Source of the DNA: Alphaproteobacteria bacterium | GTDB taxonomy: Bacteria; Pseudomonadota; Alphaproteobacteria; Rs-D84 | Assembly (NCBI GenBank): GCA_017475605.1 | Contig: JAFVFD010000005.1 | Location: forward strand, 270,001-302,000 | Length of the DNA stretch: 32,000 nucleotides | Reading direction: 5' to 3' | Shown: positions 16,595-26,078 of the stretch, piece by piece | Layout: every line of letters begins with the position of its first letter | Numbering within the stretch: the first letter of the stretch is position 1 | Translations under genes and position numbers: made by a program | The notes under the pieces: generated by a model | Database searches by the model: none | What the model was told of the DNA's origin: nothing | What the model saw: the letters and a program-made list of their open reading frames with translations, nothing else

Positions 16595-18364
16595 ATGAAC
16601 CTGAATGATTCTGCTTTTTTATGCCTGGATATCGGGACATCGGCCGTACATGGCCTGGCGCATCGTGTGCGCGGCGGGCGAATTGCAAAATCGGCTATGT
16701 ATGTTGTGGAATCTTTTGATACCGTTTCCGCAATCAAGGCGGTGGTTGACGAACTGGAATCTCAAATTGGTCGCCACCTGGACGAAGCATATATCACAGG
16801 CAATTTTGGACAATCTTATTATGAATTGGCGGTAAAAAATCAGATTTGGGCGGATGCACACAGAATAACAAATGCCGATGTAAAAAACCAGATTTCACAA
16901 ATTACGCAACCCGACGATTATATGCCGTTACATATAATACCGTTGCGTTATGATTCGCCAACGAAACACAATATGAAAACACCGGTTGGTCATGTTGATA
17001 ATCAATTGATATCGGCTTTTGGTGCGATATTTTATCCCCGCGCAAACATTTCTGAATTAATTACATTTATGCGCCGCGCCCATTTACAAACGCGTGGTTT
17101 CTATGATCCACACTTTGTACAAAGTGCCGTTTTTAGAAAGCAGCACACATCAACCTTGTTTATCGATTTTGGTGCAGAATTTACATCTGCATCTATTTGG
17201 ACGGACCGCGGCCCTATGTGGCACTATAAATTACAAATCGGTGGCACCAGTATAAGCAAGGCGATTTCTGAAAACCATGGTATCACTTTTGGCGAAGCGG
17301 ACAGAATAAAACGCGCGGTATTTACTATGTTGCCCGGCCCGACCGACCGTTTCACCCCGGCGGACATCGCGTACGATTTTTCACGCGCCGATGTAAATGA
17401 TGTTGTTGTCGAATTTATGAACGATATTATAAACGACATTCGCGCAAACGCCGATACGGCAATCGAAAAATATAAACCACATAACATTATAATAAGTGGT
17501 GGCGCATCTGATGCAAACGGCGTTGTTGATTTTGTATCAAACACATTTGGGCTGCCCTGCGACAGTATGCACCCCGACGCATCTGTACGCGCATTGGGCG
17601 AATATATTTGGCGGCAAAGTGCGGACGCGCGCGCAAAAATTATTGCCAAGCATGATAAATGGGCGACACGCACCGAACGCATATTAAAAATATTTCACAA
17701 AAAGCCAAAAAAACGGCGCACATTTATCCCAATAATGCCAAGTACGCTGTGCTTTGATATGAACGATCCAGTAACATACACGACATTTGATGCGGCGGGA
17801 ATATCAATGATTCATGTTGATATTATGGACGGGCTTTATGTGAATAAAATGGCCGGGTCGCCCGACCTTATTAGTGCGATTCGCGCAAAAACAAATGCCC
17901 ACCTGCATGTACATTTAATGACGGAAAGTCCATCTGTTTGGGCGGCGGATGCGATTGCGGCGGGCGCGGATACAGTTATTGTTTCAACAAATACATCGGG
18001 GGTACGCAACGCAATTCGCAATATTCGCGCATCGGGTCGTCGGGCGGGAATCGCATTAAATCCGGAAACACCAATAACTATTCTTAAAACCATTTTGCGT
18101 GATTTAGACGAAGTTATGGTAATGGCGGTCGCCCCGGGTGCCGCCGGCCAAGATTTTTCACCCGCATGCCTGCACAAGATTTCAATGTTGGCGGCAACAC
18201 GTAAAAAATATGGTTTGAATTTCAAAATATCTGTTGATGGCGGAATAAACGATAAAACGGCACAACTCTGTTGGGACGCAGGTGCAGATTATTTGGTATC
18301 TGGTTCATACCTGGCCCGCGCAACCGATTTCCCAATTGCAGTTCAAAGTTTATTGAAAAAGTAA
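16595..18364 (+). CDS. ftsA: FtsA-like actin-fold protein fused in frame to ribulose-phosphate 3-epimerase (Rpe)
   Basis: Residues about 1-365 are FtsA-like: CLDIGTSAVHG, LHIIPLRYD..KTPVG, FIDFGAEFTSASIW, GITFGEADRIKR, IIISGGAS. A basic linker ILKIFHKKPKKRRTF follows. From the internal ATG at 17735 the sequence is Rpe: MPSTLCFD..IHVDIMDG..HVHLM..GIALNPETP..MAVAPGAAGQDF..ISVDGGIN..GADYLVSGS. Confidence 0.8.
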   Translation: MNLNDSAFLCLDIGTSAVHGLAHRVRGGRIAKSAMYVVESFDTVSAIKAVVDELESQIGRHLDEAYITGNFGQSYYELAVKNQIWADAHRITNADVKNQISQITQPDDYMPLHIIPLRYDSPTKHNMKTPVGHVDNQLISAFGAIFYPRANISELITFMRRAHLQTRGFYDPHFVQSAVFRKQHTSTLFIDFGAEFTSASIWTDRGPMWHYKLQIGGTSISKAISENHGITFGEADRIKRAVFTMLPGPTDRFTPADIAYDFSRADVNDVVVEFMNDIINDIRANADTAIEKYKPHNIIISGGASDANGVVDFVSNTFGLPCDSMHPDASVRALGEYIWRQSADARAKIIAKHDKWATRTERILKIFHKKPKKRRTFIPIMPSTLCFDMNDPVTYTTFDAAGISMIHVDIMDGLYVNKMAGSPDLISAIRAKTNAHLHVHLMTESPSVWAADAIAAGADTVIVSTNTSGVRNAIRNIRASGRRAGIALNPETPITILKTILRDLDEVMVMAVAPGAAGQDFSPACLHKISMLAATRKKYGLNFKISVDGGINDKTAQLCWDAGADYLVSGSYLARATDFPIAVQSLLKK

Positions 18365-18365
18365 T

Positions 18366-18395
18366 AAAAAACACCGGCATTTGCCGGTGTTTTTT
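18366..18395. terminator. Bidirectional terminator between ftsA-rpe and tsaE (ACACCGGC family)
   Basis: aaaaa-ACACCGGC-attt-GCCGGTGT-ttttt. Confidence 0.8.
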
Positions 18396-18795
18396 AATCT
18401 TTTTTTACCACGACTTTTCGCCCGTCGCCATGCGCGGTGATATATAAATGTATCGTGTTTTCCGGCAACATGTCGGTGGCAATGTCCGGCCACTCAATCA
18501 ATGTTATGTCGTTTTCAATCGCGTATGGCAAACCTATTTCCACCAATTCAGACGCATCGTTTATACGATATAAATCAAAGTGCGATATACCATCATAACT
18601 TTGTACGATTGTAAATGTGGGACTTGGCACCACAGTATCCGCACCGCGCAGTGTTTGAATTATTGTACGCGCAATTTCACTTTTTCCCATACCCAAATCG
18701 CCATGTAATGCCACGACAACCGGCGCAGTTAATGTTTTCGCAAAGTCGCGTGCAAACGCGCGTGTTTCTTCTACATTATTCAATATGTATTCCAT
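18394..18795 (-). CDS. tsaE: tRNA threonylcarbamoyladenosine biosynthesis ATPase TsaE
   Basis: 133 aa. P-loop HGDLGMGKSEIAR, SPTFTIVQSY, HFDLYR and IEWP. Confidence 0.85.
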   Translation of the reverse strand: MEYILNNVEETRAFARDFAKTLTAPVVVALHGDLGMGKSEIARTIIQTLRGADTVVPSPTFTIVQSYDGISHFDLYRINDASELVEIGLPYAIENDITLIEWPDIATDMLPENTIHLYITAHGDGRKVVVKKD

Positions 18796-18801
18796 TTTGC
18801 C

Positions 18802-20793
18802 CTACTCCAATAACAACAAATCGTCTTCCAGTCTGTGTATAGTATCGCGCAATTCCGCGGCGGTTTCAAATTCCAAATCTTCGGCCGCCTGGCGCATCTT
18901 TTTGGTTAATTGTTTAATTTCGCGTTCAATGCTTTCACGGTCCATAACGCCGCCAGTTTTATCATAGACAAAGCGACGTGCTTTATCGGTCTTTTCTTCC
19001 CTGTCACCAACCTCGTCAAAGATTGCCTTGGTAATCGTTTGTGGTGTAATGTTATGTTCGGTATTATATGCCATTTGTTTTTCACGTCGCCGCGCGGTTT
19101 CATCCAATGCCGCACGCATAGAATCTGTGATTGTATCGGCATATAAAATCACACGTCCATTTGCGTTGCGTGCCGCACGACCAATCGTCTGGATAAGTGA
19201 ACGCGTTGAACGCAAAAAGCCTTCTTTGTCCGCATCCATTATTGCAACTAATTCACATTCCGGCACATCCAGCCCTTCGCGCAACAAATTGATACCAACC
19301 AAAACCTCGTATTTACCCATACGCAAATCGCGCAGTAATTCTATGCGTTCCAGGGTTTCAATATCACTGTGCATATATCGCGCACGCACCCCGTTTTCAT
19401 TAAGGTAATCGGTTAATTGTTCCGCCATTTTTTTGGTAAGTGTTGTTACCAGCGCACGTCCAGATATTTTCTTTAATGTATCTAACAAATCATCAACCTG
19501 GTTTGCAATCGGGCGAACTTCGCATACCGGGTCAAGCAAACCCGTCGGACGAATAACCTGTTCCGACACAATACCACCAGCCTGGCCCAGTTCCCATTCC
19601 GCCGGAGTTGCCGAAACAAAAATCGTTTGTGGTCGCAACGCGTCCCATTCTTCAAATGTAAGTGGGCGGTTATCAACACATGCCGGCAGGCGAAATCCAT
19701 ATTGTGCCAGTGTTTCTTTTCTTGCCCTGTCCCCACGCGACATAGCGCCAATTTGCGAAACTGTTACATGGCTTTCATCAATAAACAAAACCGCATCACG
19801 TGGTAAATATTCAAACAGTGTTGGTGGTGGTTGCCCCGGGGCGCGACCCGATAAATAACGCGAATAGTTTTCAATTCCGCGACAAGTCCCGGTTGTTTCC
19901 ATCATTTCTATATCAAAATTGACACGTTCGCGCAAACGTTGTTCTTCTATATACTTCATATTATCATGAAAGTATTTTAGCCGTTCTTCCAAGTCTTGTT
20001 TTATTTGACCAATGGCCTGGACCACGCTTGGCATTGGTGTCGCATAGTGTGTATTAGGATAAACAACAACCCTGTCCAGTTTACTTATCTTGGCACCGGT
20101 AAGGGTATCAAATTCCCAAATCTCGTCTATTTCATCACCAAAGAAAGATAGTTTCCATCCCCTGTCCATAGAATGCGACGGGAACAAATCAAGTGTATCA
20201 CCACGCACACGAAATGTTCCACGTTCGAACGCCATATCGTTACGCTTATACTGAATATCAACCAGCGCACGCATCGTATCCGCCATGCCTATTTTATCGC
20301 CAACATGTAATGATATTTTCATACCGGAATATTGTTCCGGCGACCCCATACCGTAAATAGATGATACAGACGACACAACAACGACATCGCGTTCTTCAAG
20401 CATGGCGCGCGTTGCACTGTGCCGCATACGATCCAACTGGTCATTAATAGACGCGTCTTTGTCGATATATGTATCGGTTGTAGGCATATATGCCTCGGGC
20501 TGATAATAATCATAATATGACACAAAGTATTCCACATGATTATGCGGAAAAAACGATTTCATTTCTGTATATAATTGTGCCGCCAAAATCTTGTTCGGTG
20601 CCATAATAAGTGCCGGCCGTCCCAATTCCGCAATAACATTTGCCATTGTAAAAGTTTTACCAGACCCCGTTACCCCCAACAATACCTGGGAACGACGACC
20701 CGAACGCACCCCCGCCACCAATTCTGAAATAGCGGTTGGTTGGTCGCCCATCGGCGCATAGGAACTTTCAAGATTAAATACTTTTTCTGTCAT
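18802..20793 (-). CDS. uvrB: Excinuclease ABC subunit B
   Basis: MTEKVFNLESSYAPMGDQPTAISEL, GVTGSGKTFTMA, helicase motifs and the C-terminal UVR domain (AAEDLEFETAAELRD). ATG at 20793 is preferred over the TTG at 20811. Confidence 0.95.
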   Translation of the reverse strand: MTEKVFNLESSYAPMGDQPTAISELVAGVRSGRRSQVLLGVTGSGKTFTMANVIAELGRPALIMAPNKILAAQLYTEMKSFFPHNHVEYFVSYYDYYQPEAYMPTTDTYIDKDASINDQLDRMRHSATRAMLEERDVVVVSSVSSIYGMGSPEQYSGMKISLHVGDKIGMADTMRALVDIQYKRNDMAFERGTFRVRGDTLDLFPSHSMDRGWKLSFFGDEIDEIWEFDTLTGAKISKLDRVVVYPNTHYATPMPSVVQAIGQIKQDLEERLKYFHDNMKYIEEQRLRERVNFDIEMMETTGTCRGIENYSRYLSGRAPGQPPPTLFEYLPRDAVLFIDESHVTVSQIGAMSRGDRARKETLAQYGFRLPACVDNRPLTFEEWDALRPQTIFVSATPAEWELGQAGGIVSEQVIRPTGLLDPVCEVRPIANQVDDLLDTLKKISGRALVTTLTKKMAEQLTDYLNENGVRARYMHSDIETLERIELLRDLRMGKYEVLVGINLLREGLDVPECELVAIMDADKEGFLRSTRSLIQTIGRAARNANGRVILYADTITDSMRAALDETARRREKQMAYNTEHNITPQTITKAIFDEVGDREEKTDKARRFVYDKTGGVMDRESIEREIKQLTKKMRQAAEDLEFETAAELRDTIHRLEDDLLLLE

Positions 20794-20854
20794 TTTTTTG
20801 TTCACAAACAATACTATAATTCATTATAATCAAAAAACAAGGGGAAGAGAGAGT

Positions 20855-23329
20855 ATGGCAATCAAGCCCAGATATAAACGCAGAATCGGCTGGACACTGC
20901 TTGGTGTCTTGGCTGCCGCGTTCATGGCATTGGTTTTTATACCACCAACGATTACCCTTAATTATATGAAACCGCAACTGGAAACCGCGGTAAAAAATCA
21001 AACTGGTATAGATGCCGAATTCAAGGGCGACATTAATTTTAGTTTATTAGGACGTGCCACAATTGTTGCACGTGATATTGTTGTACCTTTTGGAACCGTT
21101 CATTCGGCAATGTTTTCTGTACCTTGGTTAAGTGTTTTTCATCCAAATGATGCTGAATTAACCGGCCCAATATCTTTGTATAACGCACGATTCACAATCA
21201 ACAACCTTAATGCGATTAATTTTAATAATAAAATTACATTTTATAATTCCATAATTAATTTCCGTTCACACGATTATGAAATCGTACGCGGCGATTTGGA
21301 CAAAGGACGTTTTACCGGCACCGTCCGCACCAACCAACACAAATACGATGTTACATTTGAAAAAGACGAATTCATTATTCGCAACCAAAACAACCAGGTA
21401 AAAATTGTTGGCCGTCTTTATTCTGATGGTTCTGCACGTGGGCAAATGTCTATTATCACAGACGATGTAAATAAATGGTTTGAATTCCCAGAACCCAAGA
21501 TAAATGAAACCGTCGATTTAACAATGAACTTTGAATGGGACGGTGGTATTGGTTTTATATTCACAGATATTGTTGCGAATAATATGTCGGGTAATATACG
21601 TCTTTATCCGGACGGTCGTCGCGATATTGAACTTTCCGCACGCGATATGGATTTTGATTTTTCGTTTTTGATGCAACCGGGCAAATTCCTGCGCGGAACA
21701 AATCTTAAACTTGATTTTTATGGCAACATTAAATTTGGCGATATGAATTATAATCATATCAAGGTTGATGCCATCGGCACCGACGATAAATTACAAATCG
21801 GAACGGTTGTGGTTGATAATATTGCCCTTAATGGCGGAACCATTGATGCCAATGGTGCGCACAATATAATGGCTGTAATACCGGCGGACGATGCAGATAC
21901 ACTTTGTATATTCAGTGGCACACCGGACGCATGGCAATGTTCTGAATATTCGCATGGGAATATGTCGGGGTCTCTTTGGGTAAATGGCGATGAATTTGAT
22001 ATTGTTGTAAAATCATCTGTTCCAATGCCTGATATAGCGACGGTCCGTAAAAACGCGTTAGATTTTGGTAAACGCGGTGTTGTTCACTTTAATTTTGCTG
22101 ATGCGGCCGGTACACTTACAATCAATGGCGACAAAATGCGGCCAGAATTTACATTCGCTAAAAACAAAGACCTTGGGTGGTTGGGCGCAAAATTGCCATT
22201 TTTACCAGAATCTATGGCCAACGCCATTGGTGATTTTAAATGGGAATCTGGGGCGGTTGTTTTTCACCCACATAATCAAAATTGGCAAATGGCTGTTCAA
22301 AACGATTACTTCTATATATATGGAAATAATTTCAAGGCTTGGTTCCCAAACCTTGATTTACAATCATTACGCGACAATATTTATACAGTATCGGGCGAAT
22401 ATAAAGACGGTGTAATATCTGACTTTACAATTAATATTGCGAACCATGTATTTACCGGCACAGTGGTTGACAACGCAATTACTTTAAAGACAGATGTATT
22501 AAACATTGATTCATTTTTATCACCAACATATATGGACCGATTTGAAGAAATGTCCTTTTTATCAATGCACCCATTGATGATACCTTTTGATATTAATGCG
22601 AAAATATCACTTTCGGCGGACACACTTGTTTATGATGGACTGGAATATAAAAACTTTGTGTATTCACTGCAACCGAACACAATGATTTTTTCAATATCAG
22701 ATGATTACCGCGGAAACATATTGGCAACGATAGAACGCAATGGCACAAATTATGATATTTCATTACAAATGAATCGTTTTGCGACAAACGGAAAAATACT
22801 TAATGATTTAATGCCGTTAAACATTGGTGAATCTTATGTTACCGGCGATATATCAATGAAAACCAACGGTATGATTGCGCATGATCTTGAATACAATTTA
22901 AATGGAATAATTGATTTAACATTTACCGGTGGATATATTTTTGGTCTGGGATTGGACGACTTCTTTGCCTATGCGAACAAGATAACAATTCTTACCGCCG
23001 AAGAGGCTTTGTCAATCGCCCTGGACGATGGCCAAACAAGACTTAAATCTTTACATATCATTGGACGTTATGACCGCGGTAATTTTGAAACAACCGAACC
23101 TTTTACATTGTCTGTACCACATGCCGATGCAACTGGTGCTTTACAAATAAACGATGGTAAAATGTCAGCACAGTTATACCTTGTCTTGCGCGGTACGGCA
23201 CCGGAACCCGCACCAATAGATATGGAAATTTTGCCAAACGGCGAACGCAATTATTCATTGTCTGAAATTATGCAGACATTTGACCCGGCATTTATGCGTG
23301 AATTTGTCCGCACCCATGACAGGTACTAA
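20855..23329 (+). CDS. AsmA-family outer-membrane biogenesis protein
   Basis: The N-terminal anchor RRIGWTLLGVLAAAFMALVFIPP is followed by LETAVKNQTGIDAEFKGDINFSLLGRATIVARDIVVP and a long beta-rich body. ATG at 20855 follows GGGGAAGAGAGAG. Confidence 0.6.
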   Translation: MAIKPRYKRRIGWTLLGVLAAAFMALVFIPPTITLNYMKPQLETAVKNQTGIDAEFKGDINFSLLGRATIVARDIVVPFGTVHSAMFSVPWLSVFHPNDAELTGPISLYNARFTINNLNAINFNNKITFYNSIINFRSHDYEIVRGDLDKGRFTGTVRTNQHKYDVTFEKDEFIIRNQNNQVKIVGRLYSDGSARGQMSIITDDVNKWFEFPEPKINETVDLTMNFEWDGGIGFIFTDIVANNMSGNIRLYPDGRRDIELSARDMDFDFSFLMQPGKFLRGTNLKLDFYGNIKFGDMNYNHIKVDAIGTDDKLQIGTVVVDNIALNGGTIDANGAHNIMAVIPADDADTLCIFSGTPDAWQCSEYSHGNMSGSLWVNGDEFDIVVKSSVPMPDIATVRKNALDFGKRGVVHFNFADAAGTLTINGDKMRPEFTFAKNKDLGWLGAKLPFLPESMANAIGDFKWESGAVVFHPHNQNWQMAVQNDYFYIYGNNFKAWFPNLDLQSLRDNIYTVSGEYKDGVISDFTINIANHVFTGTVVDNAITLKTDVLNIDSFLSPTYMDRFEEMSFLSMHPLMIPFDINAKISLSADTLVYDGLEYKNFVYSLQPNTMIFSISDDYRGNILATIERNGTNYDISLQMNRFATNGKILNDLMPLNIGESYVTGDISMKTNGMIAHDLEYNLNGIIDLTFTGGYIFGLGLDDFFAYANKITILTAEEALSIALDDGQTRLKSLHIIGRYDRGNFETTEPFTLSVPHADATGALQINDGKMSAQLYLVLRGTAPEPAPIDMEILPNGERNYSLSEIMQTFDPAFMREFVRTHDRY

Positions 23330-23330
23330 G

Positions 23331-23375
23331 TCCCCTTCGCCTTGCGAAGGGGTGGCGCGAATGCGCCGGGGTAGT
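23331..23375 (+). repeat. REP-like palindromic intergenic element, copy 1
   Basis: CCCCTTCGC-ctt-GCGAAGGGG followed by TGGCGCGAATGCGCCGGGG. About 75% identical to 26243-26287 in the same orientation. Confidence 0.6.
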
Positions 23376-23379
23376 AAAC

Positions 23380-23407
23380 AAAAACACCGGCAAATGCCGG
23401 TGTTTTT
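23380..23407. terminator. Bidirectional terminator between the asmA-family gene and aspS (ACACCGGC family)
   Basis: aaaa-ACACCGGC-aaat-GCCGGTGT-ttttgttt. Confidence 0.8.
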
Positions 23408-23409
23408 GT

Positions 23410-25182
23410 TTAATTTTTTGCCCTTATTTTTATATGCACATCGCGTAATTGTTGTTCGGTAACCTCGTTCGGCGACCCCATCAACAAATCTTGACCGCGT
23501 TGGTTTGCCGGGAATGCAACTGTGTCGCGGACACTGTCGCCGAAACCGGTAATTTCCGAAACCAAACGGTCTATACCAAACGCGCACCCACCATGCGGTG
23601 GCGCACCATATTGGAACGCTGTGTACAATGCTGAAAAGTTCTTTTCCACTGCCTCTATTGGATAGCCGGCAATATCAAAACACTTTTTCATAACTTCTGG
23701 GTTATAATTACGCAGACCACCACTGCAAATTTCCAAACCGTTCAAAACCATATCGAATTGTGCAGCCTTGATTGTAAAAGGATCACGCGTTGACAATTCT
23801 TCGATGGAATCAACAACCGGATAAGAGAACGGGTTATGCGTGAACTTTGGCGCACCGCCACGATCTTCATCTGGTTCAAAGAATGGGAATGCTTCAACCC
23901 AGCAAAACGCAAAGTCGTGTGGGTTTATCAACCCCAGGTCTGCGCCCAATTTATTGCGCAATTTACCTGCGGCCTTGGCTGCCTTTTCTTCTTCATCACA
24001 GATAAAGAACAACGATGCATTATCACCCGCAATTTCACGCAACTTCGCTATACGTTCCGCATCCAATTTTTTCGCAACGGGTCCCTTGGCTTCGTCTGCA
24101 AAAACAATATAGCCCAATCCACCCAGGCCCAATTCACGGGTTGCGTATTCGCCCAATTTATCAAACCATGAACGCGGCTTGTCCGCTGTATTTGGTGCCG
24201 GCACCGCACGAACAACGCTGCCATTTTCAACTGCATTTGCAAAGATTCCAAATTCAGACCCGCGGAATATTTCACTTACATCACTTATTAAAATAGGATT
24301 ACGCAAATCTGGTTTATCGGAACCATATTTCAGCATAGCATCATCATATGTAATGTGTGGTATTTCCGGATATACATTTGCATCCGGCGCAAACGCGCGA
24401 ACAAATTCCGGCATAACCGCTTCGCCAACAGCCTGGATATCGCGTTGGTCAACGAAAGACATTTCCAAATCTAATTGGTAAAACTCCAGCAATCTGTCAG
24501 AACGCAAATCTTCATCGCGAAAACATGGCGCAATTTGGAAATAGCGATCAAACCCGGACACCTGTAATAATTGTTTGAACATCTGTGGTGCCTGGGGCAG
24601 CGCATAGAACTTGCCATGATGTAAACGACTTGGCACCAGGAAGCAACGCGCGCCTTCTGGGCTGTCTGCGGTCAAAATTGGTGTTTGAAATTCTGAAAAA
24701 CCCAATTCCCACATTTTATCACGCAACCATTTCATCATTTTGTTACGAACCAAAATGGTGTGGTGTAATTTTTCACGACGCAAATCCAGGAAACGATATT
24801 TATAGCGCAATTCTTCGCCAATATCTTCATCACCGAACACCGGGAAAGGCAAGGTTTCCGCCGCTGTTAATACCTTCCATTCGGTTGCCTGAATTTCAAT
24901 ATGCCCAGTTGGGATTTTGTCATTTATTTGTGATGCATCACGTGCAACAACATTACCTGTAATTTGAATCACAGATTCCGGACGCACGCGTTCCAATGCT
25001 TCATCCCCACCATCAAAAACAATCTGGGTAATACCATAATTGTCGCGCAGGTCAACAAACAACAGCGAACCATGGTCGCGTTTACGATGCACCCAACCCG
25101 ACAGTGTAACAGTTTCGCCCACATTTTTTTCGGTCAGTTCGCCGCATGTGTGCGTTCTGTATTTAGATTTCAAAGATAACAT
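23410..25182 (-). CDS. aspS: Aspartate--tRNA ligase (bacterial type)
   Basis: 590 aa. HTCGELTEKNVGETVTLSGWVHRKRDHGSLLFVDLRD, FYALPQAPQMFKQLL, FRDEDLRSDR and GGCAFGIDRL. Confidence 0.95.
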   Translation of the reverse strand: MLSLKSKYRTHTCGELTEKNVGETVTLSGWVHRKRDHGSLLFVDLRDNYGITQIVFDGGDEALERVRPESVIQITGNVVARDASQINDKIPTGHIEIQATEWKVLTAAETLPFPVFGDEDIGEELRYKYRFLDLRREKLHHTILVRNKMMKWLRDKMWELGFSEFQTPILTADSPEGARCFLVPSRLHHGKFYALPQAPQMFKQLLQVSGFDRYFQIAPCFRDEDLRSDRLLEFYQLDLEMSFVDQRDIQAVGEAVMPEFVRAFAPDANVYPEIPHITYDDAMLKYGSDKPDLRNPILISDVSEIFRGSEFGIFANAVENGSVVRAVPAPNTADKPRSWFDKLGEYATRELGLGGLGYIVFADEAKGPVAKKLDAERIAKLREIAGDNASLFFICDEEEKAAKAAGKLRNKLGADLGLINPHDFAFCWVEAFPFFEPDEDRGGAPKFTHNPFSYPVVDSIEELSTRDPFTIKAAQFDMVLNGLEICSGGLRNYNPEVMKKCFDIAGYPIEAVEKNFSALYTAFQYGAPPHGGCAFGIDRLVSEITGFGDSVRDTVAFPANQRGQDLLMGSPNEVTEQQLRDVHIKIRAKN

Positions 25183-25395
25183 TTTGACCCCTTTTTAACT
25201 TGTCCCACAAAGCCTTGGCGAAGTGGGATTTCGGGTGCAAAAATCAAATATGGATTTTGGCACCCACTTTAACTTTTCCCGCAGGGGCGCAATATTCTTG
25301 CGCGGTGCCACCCCGCATTTATTACTTTTAACTGGGTTTTGGAGCTCTGTGTTTGTCAGACACTTCAACGTCCCGCCCCCGAAAACGATGGACAT
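25183..25395 (-). promoter_or_regulatory. T-box leader (tRNA-Asp sensing) of aspS
   Basis: Minus strand: GCGGGG-UGGCACC-GCGCAA-GAAUA-UUGCGC-CCCUGC (plus 25281-25316). This contains the T-box core GGGUGGNACCGCG folded as the antiterminator with a 7-nt bulge. Upstream, the hairpin GUGU-CUGACAA-ACAC displays the Asp codon GAC (plus 25355-25357). Confidence 0.7.
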
Positions 25396-25424
25396 ATCAT
25401 AAACCCAAAAATATCATTTTGCAA
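25396..25424 (-). promoter_or_regulatory. Promoter of the aspS leader
   Basis: Minus strand: TTGCAA (25424-25419), 17 nt, TATGAT (25401-25396). Confidence 0.5.
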
Positions 25425-25431
25425 GGAATAT

Positions 25432-25456
25432 AAAAAAACGCCCCAATGGGCGTTTT
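25432..25456 (-). terminator. Terminator of the 188-aa orphan gene
   Basis: Minus strand: AACGCCC-attg-GGGCGTT-ttttttt, immediately after the TAG stop at 25459-25457. Confidence 0.75.
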
Positions 25457-26023
25457 CTAATCATTTTGTTTATCTTGAATATATTTTGCCAACCGCCTTG
25501 GTTGAACACCCATTTGTTTTAATTGTTCAATCGCGGCTTCATATTTAGATTTTTTATCTTTATATTTAAGGTCCTGCGCCGCCGAATCAGCCAATTTTTT
25601 ATTATGTTTAACTTGTCTATAAAGGAACTCCTTTACATCAGACATATTTTGGTTTGCCCCCTTGGCCATACCATTATCAATATCATATCTTCTTAGCGCG
25701 GCATGCCAAACCTGGGCAAAATCTCTGTCTGCGTTTGTGAATTCGGCTTCGCCATTGGGGGTTCTGACCATATATTTATATCCGTTATTCTTGGTCGGCA
25801 TTCTTTTTACGGAAATTCTGCCAATTTTTATGCTTTGTGCATACCACGCGTTTTCAGAATAAGGCCCAACAAATCTGTTTTTTCCCGCCTTGGTTGGCAT
25901 AATTGGTTTTGAAGAATAGTCACCATTATTCAACGTTTCAACAATTACCTTTTTATTCATATCATAGATTGCATCAATCACCATCGCCAAAATATCATAT
26001 TTATCTTGTTTTACTGCTGGCAT
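25457..26023 (-). CDS. Hypothetical protein (188 aa), no recognisable domain
   Basis: AAAGGAG RBS 7 nt before the ATG, with its own promoter and terminator. The C-terminus is Lys-rich and helical. It lies between tRNA-Thr and the aspS leader. Confidence 0.6.
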   Translation of the reverse strand: MPAVKQDKYDILAMVIDAIYDMNKKVIVETLNNGDYSSKPIMPTKAGKNRFVGPYSENAWYAQSIKIGRISVKRMPTKNNGYKYMVRTPNGEAEFTNADRDFAQVWHAALRRYDIDNGMAKGANQNMSDVKEFLYRQVKHNKKLADSAAQDLKYKDKKSKYEAAIEQLKQMGVQPRRLAKYIQDKQND

Positions 26024-26049
26024 ATAAATCTCCTTTGTTTGACAAAGAA

Positions 26050-26078
26050 ATTATATCACAACACAGCAAATATAGCAA
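26050..26078 (-). promoter_or_regulatory. Promoter of the 188-aa orphan gene
   Basis: Minus strand: TTGCTA, 17 nt, TATAAT. Confidence 0.45.

Noticed and set aside
20794-20854. LexA/SOS box in the uvrB / asmA-family divergent region (GTTCacaaacaATAC)
   Set aside because: Only one half-site fits the alphaproteobacterial GTTC-N7-GTTC box, and there is no CTGT-N8-ACAG. This is not enough for a call.
25183-25280. Intrinsic terminator expected downstream of the T-box
   Set aside because: The two hairpins here (GGGUGC...GCACCC and UCCCAC...GUGGGA) are not followed by U-tracts and do not compete with the antiterminator 3' strand. I therefore did not annotate a terminator and propose SD sequestration instead.
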